Source: Bacillota bacterium (GTDB lineage: Bacteria > Bacillota > Sulfobacillia > Fermentithermobacillales > Fermentithermobacillaceae). From it: 64,000 nt of DNA. Shown one piece after another: positions 19,578 through 29,639 of the stretch. The stretch covers positions 101,376 to 165,375 of the forward strand of contig JAPXKJ010000001.1 of NCBI GenBank assembly GCA_033810155.1, given 5' to 3'. Numbering within the stretch: position 1 is the stretch's first letter; every line of letters begins with the position of its first letter. Both the position numbers and the translations under genes were made by a program. A model generated the notes under the pieces. That model did not search any database and was not told the origin of the DNA. It worked only from the letters and a program-made list of their open reading frames with translations.

Positions 19578-20351
19578 ATGGATAAGTCAAGAAACCCCAA
19601 AACGCTCCTTATCCTTATCCTGAGCATTTTTACAATCCTGTCACTATCTACCCCGGCGTTCGCAGCTTCTAACAACCTCGTGCCTAACGTGAATATTTCA
19701 ATTGATGGAGAAGCTGGGGAAGGTGGACTTGTAACGGCGATCAAGATTTTAGCTGCTCTTACAGTTCTTACACTAGCGCCTGCTATCTTAATCCTTACTA
19801 CTTCCTTTACAAGGATAGCAGTGGTTTTTTCTTTCTTGCGAGCTGGATTGGGCACGCAGCAGACCCCGCCCAATCAAGTACTCATTGGGATAGCTCTTCT
19901 GCTTACCTTCTTCATAATGACGCCAACGTGGAGCCAAGTGAATGAGGAATCCATTGCACCATACATAGCGGGTGAAATAAGTGCTGAGGAAGCTGTCGCT
20001 CGCGGAGAACGACCTATCTTAGACTTCATGTTGAGACAGACGAGGGAAAAAGATCTCCAACTATTCGTCGAAATCACAGATAGTGATACACCCCTAAATC
20101 CCGAAGACATGTCTCTTGTCCAGGTCGTCCCTGCATTTGCAATTTCGGAACTCAAAACGGCATTTGAAATTGGCTTCCTACTCTTCCTGCCGTTTTTAGT
20201 AATCGATATGGTAATCGCATCTGCTCTTATGTCAATGGGAATGCTAATGCTCCCACCAGTCCTTATTTCACTACCTTTCAAAATCCTTTTGTTCGTTCTT
20301 GTAGATGGCTGGGGTCTTCTGACTAGATCGCTAATCAATGGTTTCAGATAG
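19578..20351 (+). CDS. fliP: Flagellar biosynthesis protein FliP
   Basis: 257 aa from the in-frame ATG. Signal-peptide-like N-terminus ending AFA-AS. Very conserved FliP core (TSFTRIAVVFSFLR...). Confidence 0.85.
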   Translation: MDKSRNPKTLLILILSIFTILSLSTPAFAASNNLVPNVNISIDGEAGEGGLVTAIKILAALTVLTLAPAILILTTSFTRIAVVFSFLRAGLGTQQTPPNQVLIGIALLLTFFIMTPTWSQVNEESIAPYIAGEISAEEAVARGERPILDFMLRQTREKDLQLFVEITDSDTPLNPEDMSLVQVVPAFAISELKTAFEIGFLLFLPFLVIDMVIASALMSMGMLMLPPVLISLPFKILLFVLVDGWGLLTRSLINGFR

Positions 20352-20396
20352 TGGGCAGGGATACGGTTCCATGAGAATGTAGGGGGTGGTCTAGAG

Positions 20397-20663
20397 GTGA
20401 CGATGGATCAGGTTATCTCGATAGGAAAAGAAACGATTGGAACAATATTGCTGGTAGCTGGGCCTTGTCTAGTTGTATCAGTTGTCGTTGGACTCATAAT
20501 ATCCATATTTCAGGCAACAACTCAGATTCACGACCAGACGCTTAGCTTTGTTCCAAAGATCTTAGCAGTTATGCTTTCAATGATGATATTTGGCGGTTGG
20601 ATGCTAAAAGTAGTTATAGACTTCACTCAGAGATTGTTAGAAAACCTGCCAGGGCTCATATAG
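20397..20663 (+). CDS. fliQ: Flagellar biosynthesis protein FliQ
   Basis: 88 aa, two-TM protein closely resembling Bacillus FliQ. Confidence 0.9.
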   Translation: MTMDQVISIGKETIGTILLVAGPCLVVSVVVGLIISIFQATTQIHDQTLSFVPKILAVMLSMMIFGGWMLKVVIDFTQRLLENLPGLI

Positions 20664-20683
20664 AACAGATACGGAGGAAAGTT

Positions 20684-21451
20684 ATGGGTACATGGGTTGA
20701 GGCTGTTTTCCCTTTCATATGGATCCTTTTACGCACTACAGGAGTTCTCATAACTGCGCCTGTATTTGGTGCCAAATATATACCTGCAATAGTAAAAGTA
20801 ACTATCAGTCTAGTGCTAGGCTATATGCTCTATCCCATAGTGCCTTCGGCAACCCCTCCAAACTCGCCAGCAAGTTTCATTTTGTGCGCTGCAAGTGAGA
20901 TCCTTCTAGGATTAGTCATAGGTTTTTGCGGCAACATAATCATGGCAGCTATAGAGACTGCAGGCCATATTGCAGACATTGAGATCGGTTTCGGCATGGC
21001 GAATGTAGTAGATCCTCAGTATGGTCAATCATCTCCAGTTCTAGGTACTTTCAAGTACCTGCTTATCCTCTTGGTGTTTCTAAGCATAGACGGCCACCAT
21101 CTCTTCATAAGGGCCTTGTATCAGTCCTTTGATCTTGTGCCGGCAGGAGCAGCGTACATACCACGAGCATGGACACAAGTAGGGCTAAGCGCAGCTGGTG
21201 GAATATTCAAAACCGCTATTATCCTTTCTTGCCCTGTGTGGGCATCTGCTCTCATAGTTGACTTCGCCCTAGGCGCAATAGCTAGAACTGTACCCCAGAT
21301 GAACCTGTTTGTCATAGGAATGCCCATAAAAACCTTAGTCGGCCTAGGGATTATCTCAGCTTCCGTGATGTTCTACGGGGCATTTACCGAGCAAATAACC
21401 ATGTCAATGAAGGCCCTTTTGCAGACTCTTCTGGAGGTTTTGGGAGGATGA
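20684..21451 (+). CDS. fliR: Flagellar biosynthesis protein FliR
   Basis: 255 aa from ATG 20684 (RBS GGAGGA). ORF track extends to 20597, overlapping fliQ. Confidence 0.85.
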   Translation: MGTWVEAVFPFIWILLRTTGVLITAPVFGAKYIPAIVKVTISLVLGYMLYPIVPSATPPNSPASFILCAASEILLGLVIGFCGNIIMAAIETAGHIADIEIGFGMANVVDPQYGQSSPVLGTFKYLLILLVFLSIDGHHLFIRALYQSFDLVPAGAAYIPRAWTQVGLSAAGGIFKTAIILSCPVWASALIVDFALGAIARTVPQMNLFVIGMPIKTLVGLGIISASVMFYGAFTEQITMSMKALLQTLLEVLGG

Positions 21452-22548
21452 CCACGTACATGGACATAGATCTGCAGCTTTTTTCAGCTGAGAAAAAGGA
21501 ACCGGCAACGCCAAAAAGAAGGCAGATGGCAAAAGAAAAGGGGCAGGTTTTTGCTAGCCAAGATCTGACCTCTGCTATCAGCATGCTCTGTGCCGTATTT
21601 GCTCTTAAGTACAGCGCGAGGTTTAGTGTCGAAATAATAGGTAAGAAAGCGGCCCAGATCTGGACCTACTATCCCGCATCACCATGGGGCATCGAATGGG
21701 CGTGTAAGGCGCTCAACGATGCGGTTATCACTTTGATCTTGGCAAGCCTCCCAATAATGACTGCTGCCCTCGTATTTGGTACAATGACCTCCATGTTTCA
21801 GGTAGGCTTTTCGTTCAGGGCAAACCTGATACTACCAGATTTTAAGAGACTAAACCCACTGGAGGGTTTCAAACGTATCTTCTCAAAACGCTCCCTAGAA
21901 GGACTAGCGAAATCTATCCTGAAAATCGTGTTAGTAGGTCTCGTGGGATGGAACACATTGAAAGACATATGGCCACAATTGGCTGGCCTGTTAGTGGTCG
22001 ATTTACCGCAATCAGTTAACATAGTTTGGACAAGCATTGAGAACATACTAATAAACTCAAGCATTCTTTTGGTATTAATAGGCGTTGTTGATTACCTCTT
22101 TGAATGGTGGGAATTTGAAAAGAGCATAATGATGACGCGCCAGGAGATCATCGAAGAGTTCAAGGACACAGAAGGCAAACCCGAGGTCAAGCAAGCGATA
22201 AGGCAAAGACAACGAAGAATTGCGATGAACAGGATGATGCAAGATGTACCTAGCGCCGATGTAGTCTTGGTAAATCCTACCCACTATGCAGTGGCCCTAA
22301 GGTATGATATGGCCAAAGATGCTGCTCCAAAAGTGGTAGCTAAAGGAACCGACCAAATAGCGTTTCGCATACGATCAATTGCTGAGCACAGCGACGTCTT
22401 CGTATTTGAAGATCCTGTTCTCACTCAATCTATATACTGGGCCGTGGACATAGGAGAGATGATACCTGAAGAACTGTACGAGGCCGTAGCTCAAGTGCTC
22501 GCTTACGTATATCATGTTTCCGGCAAACTAGACGCGGAGGGAATCTAA
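21448..22548 (+). CDS. flhB: Flagellar biosynthesis protein FlhB
   Basis: 366 aa. NPTH autocleavage motif (VLVNPTHYAVAL). Confidence 0.9.
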   Translation: MTTYMDIDLQLFSAEKKEPATPKRRQMAKEKGQVFASQDLTSAISMLCAVFALKYSARFSVEIIGKKAAQIWTYYPASPWGIEWACKALNDAVITLILASLPIMTAALVFGTMTSMFQVGFSFRANLILPDFKRLNPLEGFKRIFSKRSLEGLAKSILKIVLVGLVGWNTLKDIWPQLAGLLVVDLPQSVNIVWTSIENILINSSILLVLIGVVDYLFEWWEFEKSIMMTRQEIIEEFKDTEGKPEVKQAIRQRQRRIAMNRMMQDVPSADVVLVNPTHYAVALRYDMAKDAAPKVVAKGTDQIAFRIRSIAEHSDVFVFEDPVLTQSIYWAVDIGEMIPEELYEAVAQVLAYVYHVSGKLDAEGI

Positions 22549-24593
22549 TGCTTACTCGAGGAACTAACAGCATCATATCAGTGTTTGTACTGTTAATCGT
22601 GGCCATGATGGTCATACCGCTGCCTCCGGCTCTGCTTGACGTGCTAATTGCCGTGAATTTCAGCATGGCAATCGCGATTTTGCTTCTGACCATGTATACA
22701 AAAGAACCCCTTGATTTTTCGGTGTTCCCTTCACTTCTCCTAATCATGACTCTGTTCCGTTTGTCGATAAACGTGTCCTCCACACGTCTCATCCTTCTAA
22801 GACACAACGCCGGAAGCATAATCGAAGCATTTGGTCAGTTCGTAGTGGGGGGCAATGAAGTAGTAGGTCTTATCATATTCATCATACTTGTCATCATACA
22901 ATTCGTCGTTATCACCAAAGGATCTGAGAGAGTTGCCGAGGTAGCAGCGAGGTTCACGCTTGACGCGATGCCTGGGAAACAAATGTCCATAGATGCCGAT
23001 CTCAGCTCAGGTTTAATAACAGAGGAAGATGCACGGCTAAGGAGAAGGGCCATAGAACAGGAAGCTGATTTTTACGGAGCCATGGACGGTGCTTCAAAGT
23101 TTGTAAAGGGAGACGCAATTGCAGGGCTAATAATTACTGCAATCAATTTGTTGGGCGGATTTGCAGTCGGGATGCTTCAACATGGTCTACCGGCCGCAGA
23201 GGCTTGGCACAAATATGCTTTGTTGACCGTAGGAGACGGTTTGGTAAGTCAGCTTCCCGCGCTCATAATCTCCACAGCTACCGGCATCATCGTGACCAGA
23301 AGCGCTTCGAGAGAGAATCTAAGTGCCGATGTAATCGGACAGGTCTTATCCACGCCAAAAGTACTTTCAATAACAGGCGGAGCGCTCCTCGTCCTTGCCA
23401 TGATACCAGGATTCCCCAAACCATCCCTTATCATTCTTGGCATAGTATGGCTGTTTTTGGGTAGAATGGTAGAAACGTCGAAACTTGCAACGGAATCGAA
23501 AGAGAGGGAAGAGGCCTACAGAAAAGAGCTCGAGGAGCAAAAGAGCCCTGAGGCAGCTCTGAATCTTATCAAGGTAGATCCCCTTGAAATAGAGTTCGGC
23601 CTTGCACTGCTTCCAATTGCAGATCCATCGCAAGGCGGCGACCTCATAGACAGGATCGTTATGATTCGAAGGCAGCTTGCCTCTGAACTCGGTGTACTAA
23701 TCCCTGTCATAAGGGTAAGAGACAACTTTGCAGGTTTAGGTCCGAATTCATATCGAATCAACCTGCGAGGCATAGAAATAGGGTGTGGAGAAGTTTACCC
23801 GGACAGGGTTATGGCTCTGGGAGGGACTCCTAGAGCTCAAGAACTTCAGGGTATTCCGGGTAAAGAACCCGCTTTTGGACTTGATGTTGTGTGGATACCG
23901 AAGTCACAGAAAGAAGAAGCGGAAGCGTTAGGATACACTGTAATAGAAGCTTCGGCAGTAATAGCAACTCATCTAACAGAAGTCTTGCGCAAAAACGCCC
24001 ACCTGCTTCTAACAAGACAAGAAACTCAACGGCTTATAGATCTGGTCAAAGCCGAAGATGCTCCCTGCGTAGAAGAGGCCATACCGAATTTGGTGTCTTT
24101 GGGTGATTGCCAAAAAGTCCTTCAGAATTTGTTGAAGGAAGGAATACCCATAAGAGATCTAGTAACAATAATGGAGGGCATTGCTGACGCGGCAAAAGTG
24201 TCCAAGGATCCTGACTACCTCACTATGAGAGTCAGAGAAAACCTTTCAAAACTCATTACAGTAACGGTTGGTTTGGATAAAGGGCCTTTTCAGGTCGCAG
24301 TCTTAGGACCCGATCTAGAGAAAGAAATCTTGGAAGCAACAAGAAGGGGCGATAGGGGGGCATACGTTGCGATCGCGTCGGAAAGACTTGCCAAGATAAT
24401 GCAGGCAATACAGGTAGCGATGAACGAGATCGCACCTAAAGCACCGAAACCGGTTTTGCTGACATCTGCTTCATGTCGTAGCCAAGTCTATGAGATTGCG
24501 TCACGGGTGGTGCCAGAAGTGGCAGTTGTAGCTTATGAGGAACTTGACGACAGAGCAAATATTGAGGTAGCTAAGGTGATTAGCATTGAATGA
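22548..24593 (+). CDS. flhA: Flagellar biosynthesis protein FlhA
   Basis: 681 aa. N-terminal 8-TM domain and C-terminal cytoplasmic ring domain. Confidence 0.9.
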   Translation: MLTRGTNSIISVFVLLIVAMMVIPLPPALLDVLIAVNFSMAIAILLLTMYTKEPLDFSVFPSLLLIMTLFRLSINVSSTRLILLRHNAGSIIEAFGQFVVGGNEVVGLIIFIILVIIQFVVITKGSERVAEVAARFTLDAMPGKQMSIDADLSSGLITEEDARLRRRAIEQEADFYGAMDGASKFVKGDAIAGLIITAINLLGGFAVGMLQHGLPAAEAWHKYALLTVGDGLVSQLPALIISTATGIIVTRSASRENLSADVIGQVLSTPKVLSITGGALLVLAMIPGFPKPSLIILGIVWLFLGRMVETSKLATESKEREEAYRKELEEQKSPEAALNLIKVDPLEIEFGLALLPIADPSQGGDLIDRIVMIRRQLASELGVLIPVIRVRDNFAGLGPNSYRINLRGIEIGCGEVYPDRVMALGGTPRAQELQGIPGKEPAFGLDVVWIPKSQKEEAEALGYTVIEASAVIATHLTEVLRKNAHLLLTRQETQRLIDLVKAEDAPCVEEAIPNLVSLGDCQKVLQNLLKEGIPIRDLVTIMEGIADAAKVSKDPDYLTMRVRENLSKLITVTVGLDKGPFQVAVLGPDLEKEILEATRRGDRGAYVAIASERLAKIMQAIQVAMNEIAPKAPKPVLLTSASCRSQVYEIASRVVPEVAVVAYEELDDRANIEVAKVISIE

Positions 24594-24978
24594 CAATGAC
24601 CAGCCAAAAGTCAATAGACAGGATTTCAGAGCAGAAACGGCATACCCTTTCTGGTTCAGAAAACTTGAGACGAACGATGGTCCAAAAGGTGACGAAGCAA
24701 AGTGGCATCGCTCCTATACGCTCAATCTCTCAGCCGGGGGGGCTCTGGTTTCAAGTTCCAATGAAAACCTTCACCAGGGGGACCTCATCGAGTTTGAGTT
24801 GGTCGTTCCGGGAGGCCCCATATTCGGTATTGCCAAAGTCGTTAGAGTGGTTTTGGATGGTCAGGGAGAAGAGCGGTATGCGTTTATGTTTGTGTCAATT
24901 GCCCCTAGAGATAAGGATCGAGTAGCACAGGTAGTTCTAAATGACGGACTGGAGAAACGTTACGATGAATCAAGGTGA
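24586..24978 (+). CDS. PilZ-domain protein (c-di-GMP receptor; likely YcgR/MotI-type flagellar brake)
   Basis: 130 aa. RxxxR (RQDFR) followed by D/NxSxGG (NLSAGG). Overlaps flhA stop and fliA start. Confidence 0.7.
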   Translation: MNDNDQPKVNRQDFRAETAYPFWFRKLETNDGPKGDEAKWHRSYTLNLSAGGALVSSSNENLHQGDLIEFELVVPGGPIFGIAKVVRVVLDGQGEERYAFMFVSIAPRDKDRVAQVVLNDGLEKRYDESR

Positions 24979-25750
24979 CAATGATTCTAAAGATCTAGAT
25001 ACCCTATGGCGTAACTACAAGATGTTAAACGACAAAAATGCCAGGGACCAGCTCATAATCCATTATGCCCCTCTTGTGAAGTATGTTGCGGGCAGAGTTG
25101 CGATGAACCTTCCCAAAAGCGTAGATGATGGAGATCTAATCGGCTACGGTAGTCTGGGACTTCTTGATGCAATGGATAGATTTGATCTACAAAGAGGGGT
25201 GAAATTTGAGACCTATGCCATAGCCAGAATCAGAGGTGCCATGATAGACGGACTACGCTCGATGGATTGGGTGCCCGTGTCTGTTAGGCAGAGGAATAAA
25301 TCTATTGAGGAAGCAACAAGAAATCTAGAAAACCGACTTGGAAGATCAGCCACAGATGAGGAAATAGCGAGTGAACTCAACATGTCCATTGAAGAATACA
25401 ATCAGCGGATACTGGATATGTCCTCATCGTCTATCTTGTCATTTGATGATATATGGGGAACCCCTTCAGACAGTGATAATTCATATCGCCCTGCAGAACT
25501 CAAAGATGAAAAGGCGCCTGACCCAATCGATGAAACAGAGTGGACGCTCAAAAAACAAGACCTTGCAATGGCTATTGACAGGCTTCCCGAGCGCGAAAAA
25601 CTCGTAGTATCGCTGTACTACTACGAAGGACTTACGGTAAAGGAGATCGCTAAGATCCTCGGTGTTTCCCCTTCACGGGTCTCACAGCTACATACAAAGG
25701 CCGTAATTCGGCTTAGGGGCTCACTTTCATCAGATGGGTCTTTGCGCTAG
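24941..25750 (+). CDS. fliA: Flagellar RNA polymerase sigma factor FliA/SigD (sigma-28)
   Basis: 269 aa. Sigma-70 regions 2, 3 and 4 (region 4 HTH LTVKEIAKILGVSPSRVSQL). Confidence 0.85.
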   Translation: MTDWRNVTMNQGDNDSKDLDTLWRNYKMLNDKNARDQLIIHYAPLVKYVAGRVAMNLPKSVDDGDLIGYGSLGLLDAMDRFDLQRGVKFETYAIARIRGAMIDGLRSMDWVPVSVRQRNKSIEEATRNLENRLGRSATDEEIASELNMSIEEYNQRILDMSSSSILSFDDIWGTPSDSDNSYRPAELKDEKAPDPIDETEWTLKKQDLAMAIDRLPEREKLVVSLYYYEGLTVKEIAKILGVSPSRVSQLHTKAVIRLRGSLSSDGSLR

Positions 25751-27134
25751 TCGCACAAGCGGGAGGATTCCGAAAATGAATGATGGCGGGATTAGCGTTG
25801 ATATACTAATATCAGATGATAAGATGGCAGCCTACATCCGCATACATGATCGCGGCGACTTCTCACATAGTGAGATCAAAGATGCGCTTTCGCAGCACGG
25901 TGTGATATTTGGAGTTTCGGATTCTGCAATCCGAGCAGCCCTATCTGGCGAAAGAGGTAAACTGTATCAAGTTGCTTGGGGGATTCCTCCACATAGCAAC
26001 CCCTCACCGGCAGGCCCTTCTGAACCTCGACTGGTTTTGACGTTTAGCCACTCACAACACGATAGGCCACCACAAGAGATAACAGTAGGCCCGGACTTCT
26101 CGCGCGAGTGGACGAAACTGTGCAGTCACGGTTCCATACGGGCGGGGAAATCCTTGGCATTTCTAAGAAACCCAGAGGAGTACAGTTTTGGTGTAACAGT
26201 CACCGGAGAAAAGATCCCGTACATTGCCGACAGACCTGTCTTAAGGTGCGGACCAAATACCGCGCCATCTTCTGACGGTAAGCATGTATTGGCGACAAAG
26301 TCAGGGATCCCATATGCTGATAACGGTATGCCATGTGTTCTCGATTGCATACGGATAATTGGCAATATAGGTCCTCATACAGGTGATATATCTTTTCCAG
26401 GTGACGTGATAATATTCGGCAACGTCCTGCAAGGTTTCCACGTGTCTACTTGGGGCCGGCTAACAGTGAAGGGCAATTTGTCGGGCTCAGCTTCATGCGC
26501 AGGCGACATTATCGTCGATGGGAGCATAAATGCTCCGAACGCAACAGTAGAAAGTGGCGGCACAGTTCTTATGCGTTTCTGTGAGAACTCAGTAATTCGT
26601 GCACAGGGCGAAGTAATCATCTCAGAATACGCGATGCACAGCGTGGTTGAAACTGAGAAGAAGGTGAGATTAAGTCCTGAAAGGGGCCGTATCGTAGGCG
26701 GCATAACGAGGGCTAAAGAAGGCGTATCGAGCCGTTCCGTAGGATCTGCGATGAGTGTTGCTACGCTAATTGAGGTAGGTGTAAGTCCGAAAGTAAGGAG
26801 GGAGTACGAAAACATAAAGAAAGACATCGCAACCGTCGATGAGGAAATAAAGAGGGTCAGAATAATCCATCCCGGAAGCCTGTCAGAATCAGAAAAGACA
26901 GATCCAGATGCCCTTTATCTTAAAAGATTGAACGCGCTATTCGAAGATAAGAGAGAGGACCTTTTTGCAAGGCTCGTTTCTATCGAGGACGCAATAAAAA
27001 AGTCTAAGAGCGGATATTTCTACGCGCAAGAAGTGATGCCTGGAACAAAAGTAGTCCTCGGTATGGATGTTTATGAGTTCAACGAGGTAAAACGCGAAGT
27101 TAGTATCGGGGTGAACACTGATGAGACCTATTGA
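25734..27134 (+). CDS. DUF342/FapA-family protein (flagellar assembly protein A-like)
   Basis: 466 aa. C-terminal half is made of G-x-I/V-rich beta-helix-like repeats typical of DUF342. Common partner of fliA in Clostridia. Confidence 0.5.
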   Translation: MGLCASRTSGRIPKMNDGGISVDILISDDKMAAYIRIHDRGDFSHSEIKDALSQHGVIFGVSDSAIRAALSGERGKLYQVAWGIPPHSNPSPAGPSEPRLVLTFSHSQHDRPPQEITVGPDFSREWTKLCSHGSIRAGKSLAFLRNPEEYSFGVTVTGEKIPYIADRPVLRCGPNTAPSSDGKHVLATKSGIPYADNGMPCVLDCIRIIGNIGPHTGDISFPGDVIIFGNVLQGFHVSTWGRLTVKGNLSGSASCAGDIIVDGSINAPNATVESGGTVLMRFCENSVIRAQGEVIISEYAMHSVVETEKKVRLSPERGRIVGGITRAKEGVSSRSVGSAMSVATLIEVGVSPKVRREYENIKKDIATVDEEIKRVRIIHPGSLSESEKTDPDALYLKRLNALFEDKREDLFARLVSIEDAIKKSKSGYFYAQEVMPGTKVVLGMDVYEFNEVKREVSIGVNTDETY

Positions 27135-27441
27135 TACCTTGACAGGCATTCCAAAGTCTCCTGAAATAGCCAGGGTAGCTGATTCCACCCAGAAACAAGG
27201 AACTGTGCAATCACAAATCCAGCTAGTTTCTTTCGCTAAGGAAGTTTCGGAAAAAGCATCCACCGTGTCACAGAGTCCACATGTGAGCGAAGCCGCAATA
27301 GACCCTGACTCCCGAAAAAAGAAGGGAAACGCTGGAGGGTCGTTTTCTGACGGAGCCCATGACGGCGACAAAAGTGATACCGATGAACCGAAACCACAGC
27401 ATCCTACCAAGGGGAAAATTCTAGACATACGGGGAGCATAG
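27121..27441 (+). CDS. Hypothetical small hydrophilic Lys/Ser-rich protein
   Basis: 106 aa ORF whose ATG overlaps the stop of the DUF342 gene by 14 nt (coupling-like). No recognisable domain. Confidence 0.3.
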   Translation: MRPIDTLTGIPKSPEIARVADSTQKQGTVQSQIQLVSFAKEVSEKASTVSQSPHVSEAAIDPDSRKKKGNAGGSFSDGAHDGDKSDTDEPKPQHPTKGKILDIRGA

Positions 27442-27582
27442 TTCTTTATAATGTGTTATACTACCTGAGGTTAAATTCAAAGCACTCACGCCATCATAAC
27501 GCCGTGGTGTTTGCCCAAAGGGCTCGTTGCTGATGGCGGTGGATGAACCACGGAGGTGTATATTGTATTGTCAGTCGTATCC

Positions 27583-28269
27583 ATGAAACAACTACTTGAA
27601 GCGGGCGTTCATTTTGGTCACCAAACGCGCCGCTGGAATCCGAAAATGAAGCCGTACATTTTCATTGAGCGAAACGGAATCTACATCATCGATCTTCAGA
27701 AAACCGTCCGAATGATAGAAGAAGCCTATGATTTTCTGCGTGGGGTAGCTATGGACAACGGGCGAGTCTTGTTTGTAGGCACTAAGAAGCAAGCTCAAGA
27801 ATCTGTGGAAGCCGAGGCTACCAGATGCGGCGAGTTCTACATTAACCAAAGATGGCTAGGTGGTACGCTTACAAACTTTGGCACTATTAGAAAGAGAATC
27901 GAAAAACTTATCGAACTCGAAACACTTCAAGAGCAAGGCTACTTCGAGACTCTTCCCAAGAAGGAAAAAGCTGTTTTGGAAAGAGAAATGGAAAGACTAA
28001 AGAAGAACTTCAGCGGAATTAAAGGGATGCAGAAACCGCCGGAGGCTATATTTGTAGTCGATCCCAGAAAAGAGCGAATAGCAACTCTTGAAGCAAGGCG
28101 TCTGGGTATTCCCATAATTGCTATAGTAGACACAAATTGTGATCCTGATGAAGTAGACTATGTAATTCCAGGAAACGATGATGCAATTCGTTCGGTAAAG
28201 CTCATAACTTCCAAGATGGCCGATGCCGTATTGGAAGGCAAACAAGGAGTCCAGGTTCAGGAGGAGTGA
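27583..28269 (+). CDS. rpsB: 30S ribosomal protein S2
   Basis: [22 protein letters not shown] is the canonical S2 N-terminus. Alternative TTG start at 27568 (RBS GGAGGTG). Confidence 0.9.
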   Translation: MKQLLEAGVHFGHQTRRWNPKMKPYIFIERNGIYIIDLQKTVRMIEEAYDFLRGVAMDNGRVLFVGTKKQAQESVEAEATRCGEFYINQRWLGGTLTNFGTIRKRIEKLIELETLQEQGYFETLPKKEKAVLEREMERLKKNFSGIKGMQKPPEAIFVVDPRKERIATLEARRLGIPIIAIVDTNCDPDEVDYVIPGNDDAIRSVKLITSKMADAVLEGKQGVQVQEE

Positions 28270-28274
28270 GACAG

Positions 28275-28874
28275 ATGGCCGAGATAACGGTAGATATGAT
28301 AAGAGAATTAAGAGGAAGAACAGGTGCAGGGATGATGGACTGCAAGAGGGCGCTTGAGGATGCTGACGGAGACATGGAGAAAGCTGTTGATATCCTGAGA
28401 ACAAAGGGCCTTGCTCTTGCAGCAAGAAAAGCTGGTAGGAGCGCCAAAGAAGGAATAATCACGTCGTATATCCATCACAACCGAAGAGTTGGCGTACTTA
28501 TTGAACTCAATTGCGAAACCGATTTCGTAGCTCGAACTGATCAGTTTGATGAACTCGCTAAGGATATTGCAATGCACATTGCCATGGCCAATCCGCAGTA
28601 CATTTCCAAGGCTGAAGTACCTCAGGAAGTTTTAGATCATGAAGCGTCCATCGAAAGAGAAAAAGCCTTGGCAGAAGGTAAGCCTGAACAAATAGTCGAC
28701 AAAATCGTAGCGGGCAGAATAGGGAAACTCTATGAAACCATTTGCCTACTGGAACAACCGTTTATCAAAGACGACTCAAAAACCATTGCAGATCTAATCA
28801 ACGAAGCTATCGCGTTATTGGGCGAGAACATTGTTGTAGGACGCTTTGCGCGCTTCGAAGTAGGGGAGAAGTAG
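28275..28874 (+). CDS. tsf: Elongation factor Ts (short form)
   Basis: [28 protein letters not shown]-terminus. About 200 aa. Confidence 0.9.
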   Translation: MAEITVDMIRELRGRTGAGMMDCKRALEDADGDMEKAVDILRTKGLALAARKAGRSAKEGIITSYIHHNRRVGVLIELNCETDFVARTDQFDELAKDIAMHIAMANPQYISKAEVPQEVLDHEASIEREKALAEGKPEQIVDKIVAGRIGKLYETICLLEQPFIKDDSKTIADLINEAIALLGENIVVGRFARFEVGEK

Positions 28875-28879
28875 AAACT

Positions 28880-29638
28880 GTGACAAGCAACTGTGCTTCT
28901 AACATGGATCATGTGGCGAAAAAGCCAAAATACAAAAGGGTCGTGTTGAAACTTTCGGGCGAGTCTTTCGCAGGCGGCTCTGGTTTCGGAATTGATCTAG
29001 ATGTCGTCAACTCAATGGCACGTCAGATAAAGGACGTATTTGAGAAGCAAGTTGAAATGGCTATTGTGGTGGGCGGGGGGAATTTCTGGCGCGGAACACG
29101 CGGCGAGCAAAAAGGGATGGACCGCGCCACCTCAGACTATATGGGCATGCTCGCGACAGTCTTGAACTGTATGGCGCTACAAGACAGACTTGAGATACTC
29201 GGACTGGAAACCAGGCTCATGACCGCCATAGATATGAGGGAAGTTGCAGAACCATATATAAGGCGCAAAGCAATTCACCACCTCAAGATGGGCAGAATTG
29301 TAATCTTTGGGGCGGGAACCGGGAATCCGTATTTCTCCACCGATACTACGGCTGCTTTGCGTGCTGCCGAAATTGGGGCAGAGGCCATATTGATGGGTAA
29401 ACGTGGAACAGACGGCGTATACGATTCAGATCCTAATCTCAATCCAAGCGCTACAAAGTTCGATCAATTGGACTACCTTGATGTCATAAACCTAGGTCTT
29501 AAGGTCATGGATGCGACCGCGACTACCCTTTGCATGGATAACTGTATACCGCTTGTAGTATTTGATATGGATGTTTATGGTAATATTGAAAAGGCAGTGA
29601 TGGGGGAAAAAGTCGGAACGATTGTAGGGAGGGAGTAG
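28880..29638 (+). CDS. pyrH: UMP kinase
   Basis: [10 protein letters not shown]... and GGGNFWRG motifs. GTG 28880 (RBS GGGGAG) or ATG 28904. Confidence 0.85.
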   Translation: MTSNCASNMDHVAKKPKYKRVVLKLSGESFAGGSGFGIDLDVVNSMARQIKDVFEKQVEMAIVVGGGNFWRGTRGEQKGMDRATSDYMGMLATVLNCMALQDRLEILGLETRLMTAIDMREVAEPYIRRKAIHHLKMGRIVIFGAGTGNPYFSTDTTAALRAAEIGAEAILMGKRGTDGVYDSDPNLNPSATKFDQLDYLDVINLGLKVMDATATTLCMDNCIPLVVFDMDVYGNIEKAVMGEKVGTIVGRE

Positions 29639-29639
29639 C

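Noticed and set aside
19157-19873. 238-aa ORF on the minus strand opposite fliO/fliP
   Set aside because: Fully antisense to highly conserved flagellar genes. Low-complexity translation with no RBS or domain, so a spurious frame.
24590-24925. 111-aa alternative-frame ORF overlapping the PilZ gene
   Set aside because: The overlapping frame carries the PilZ motifs and sensible coupling to flhA/fliA. The alternative frame has no features.
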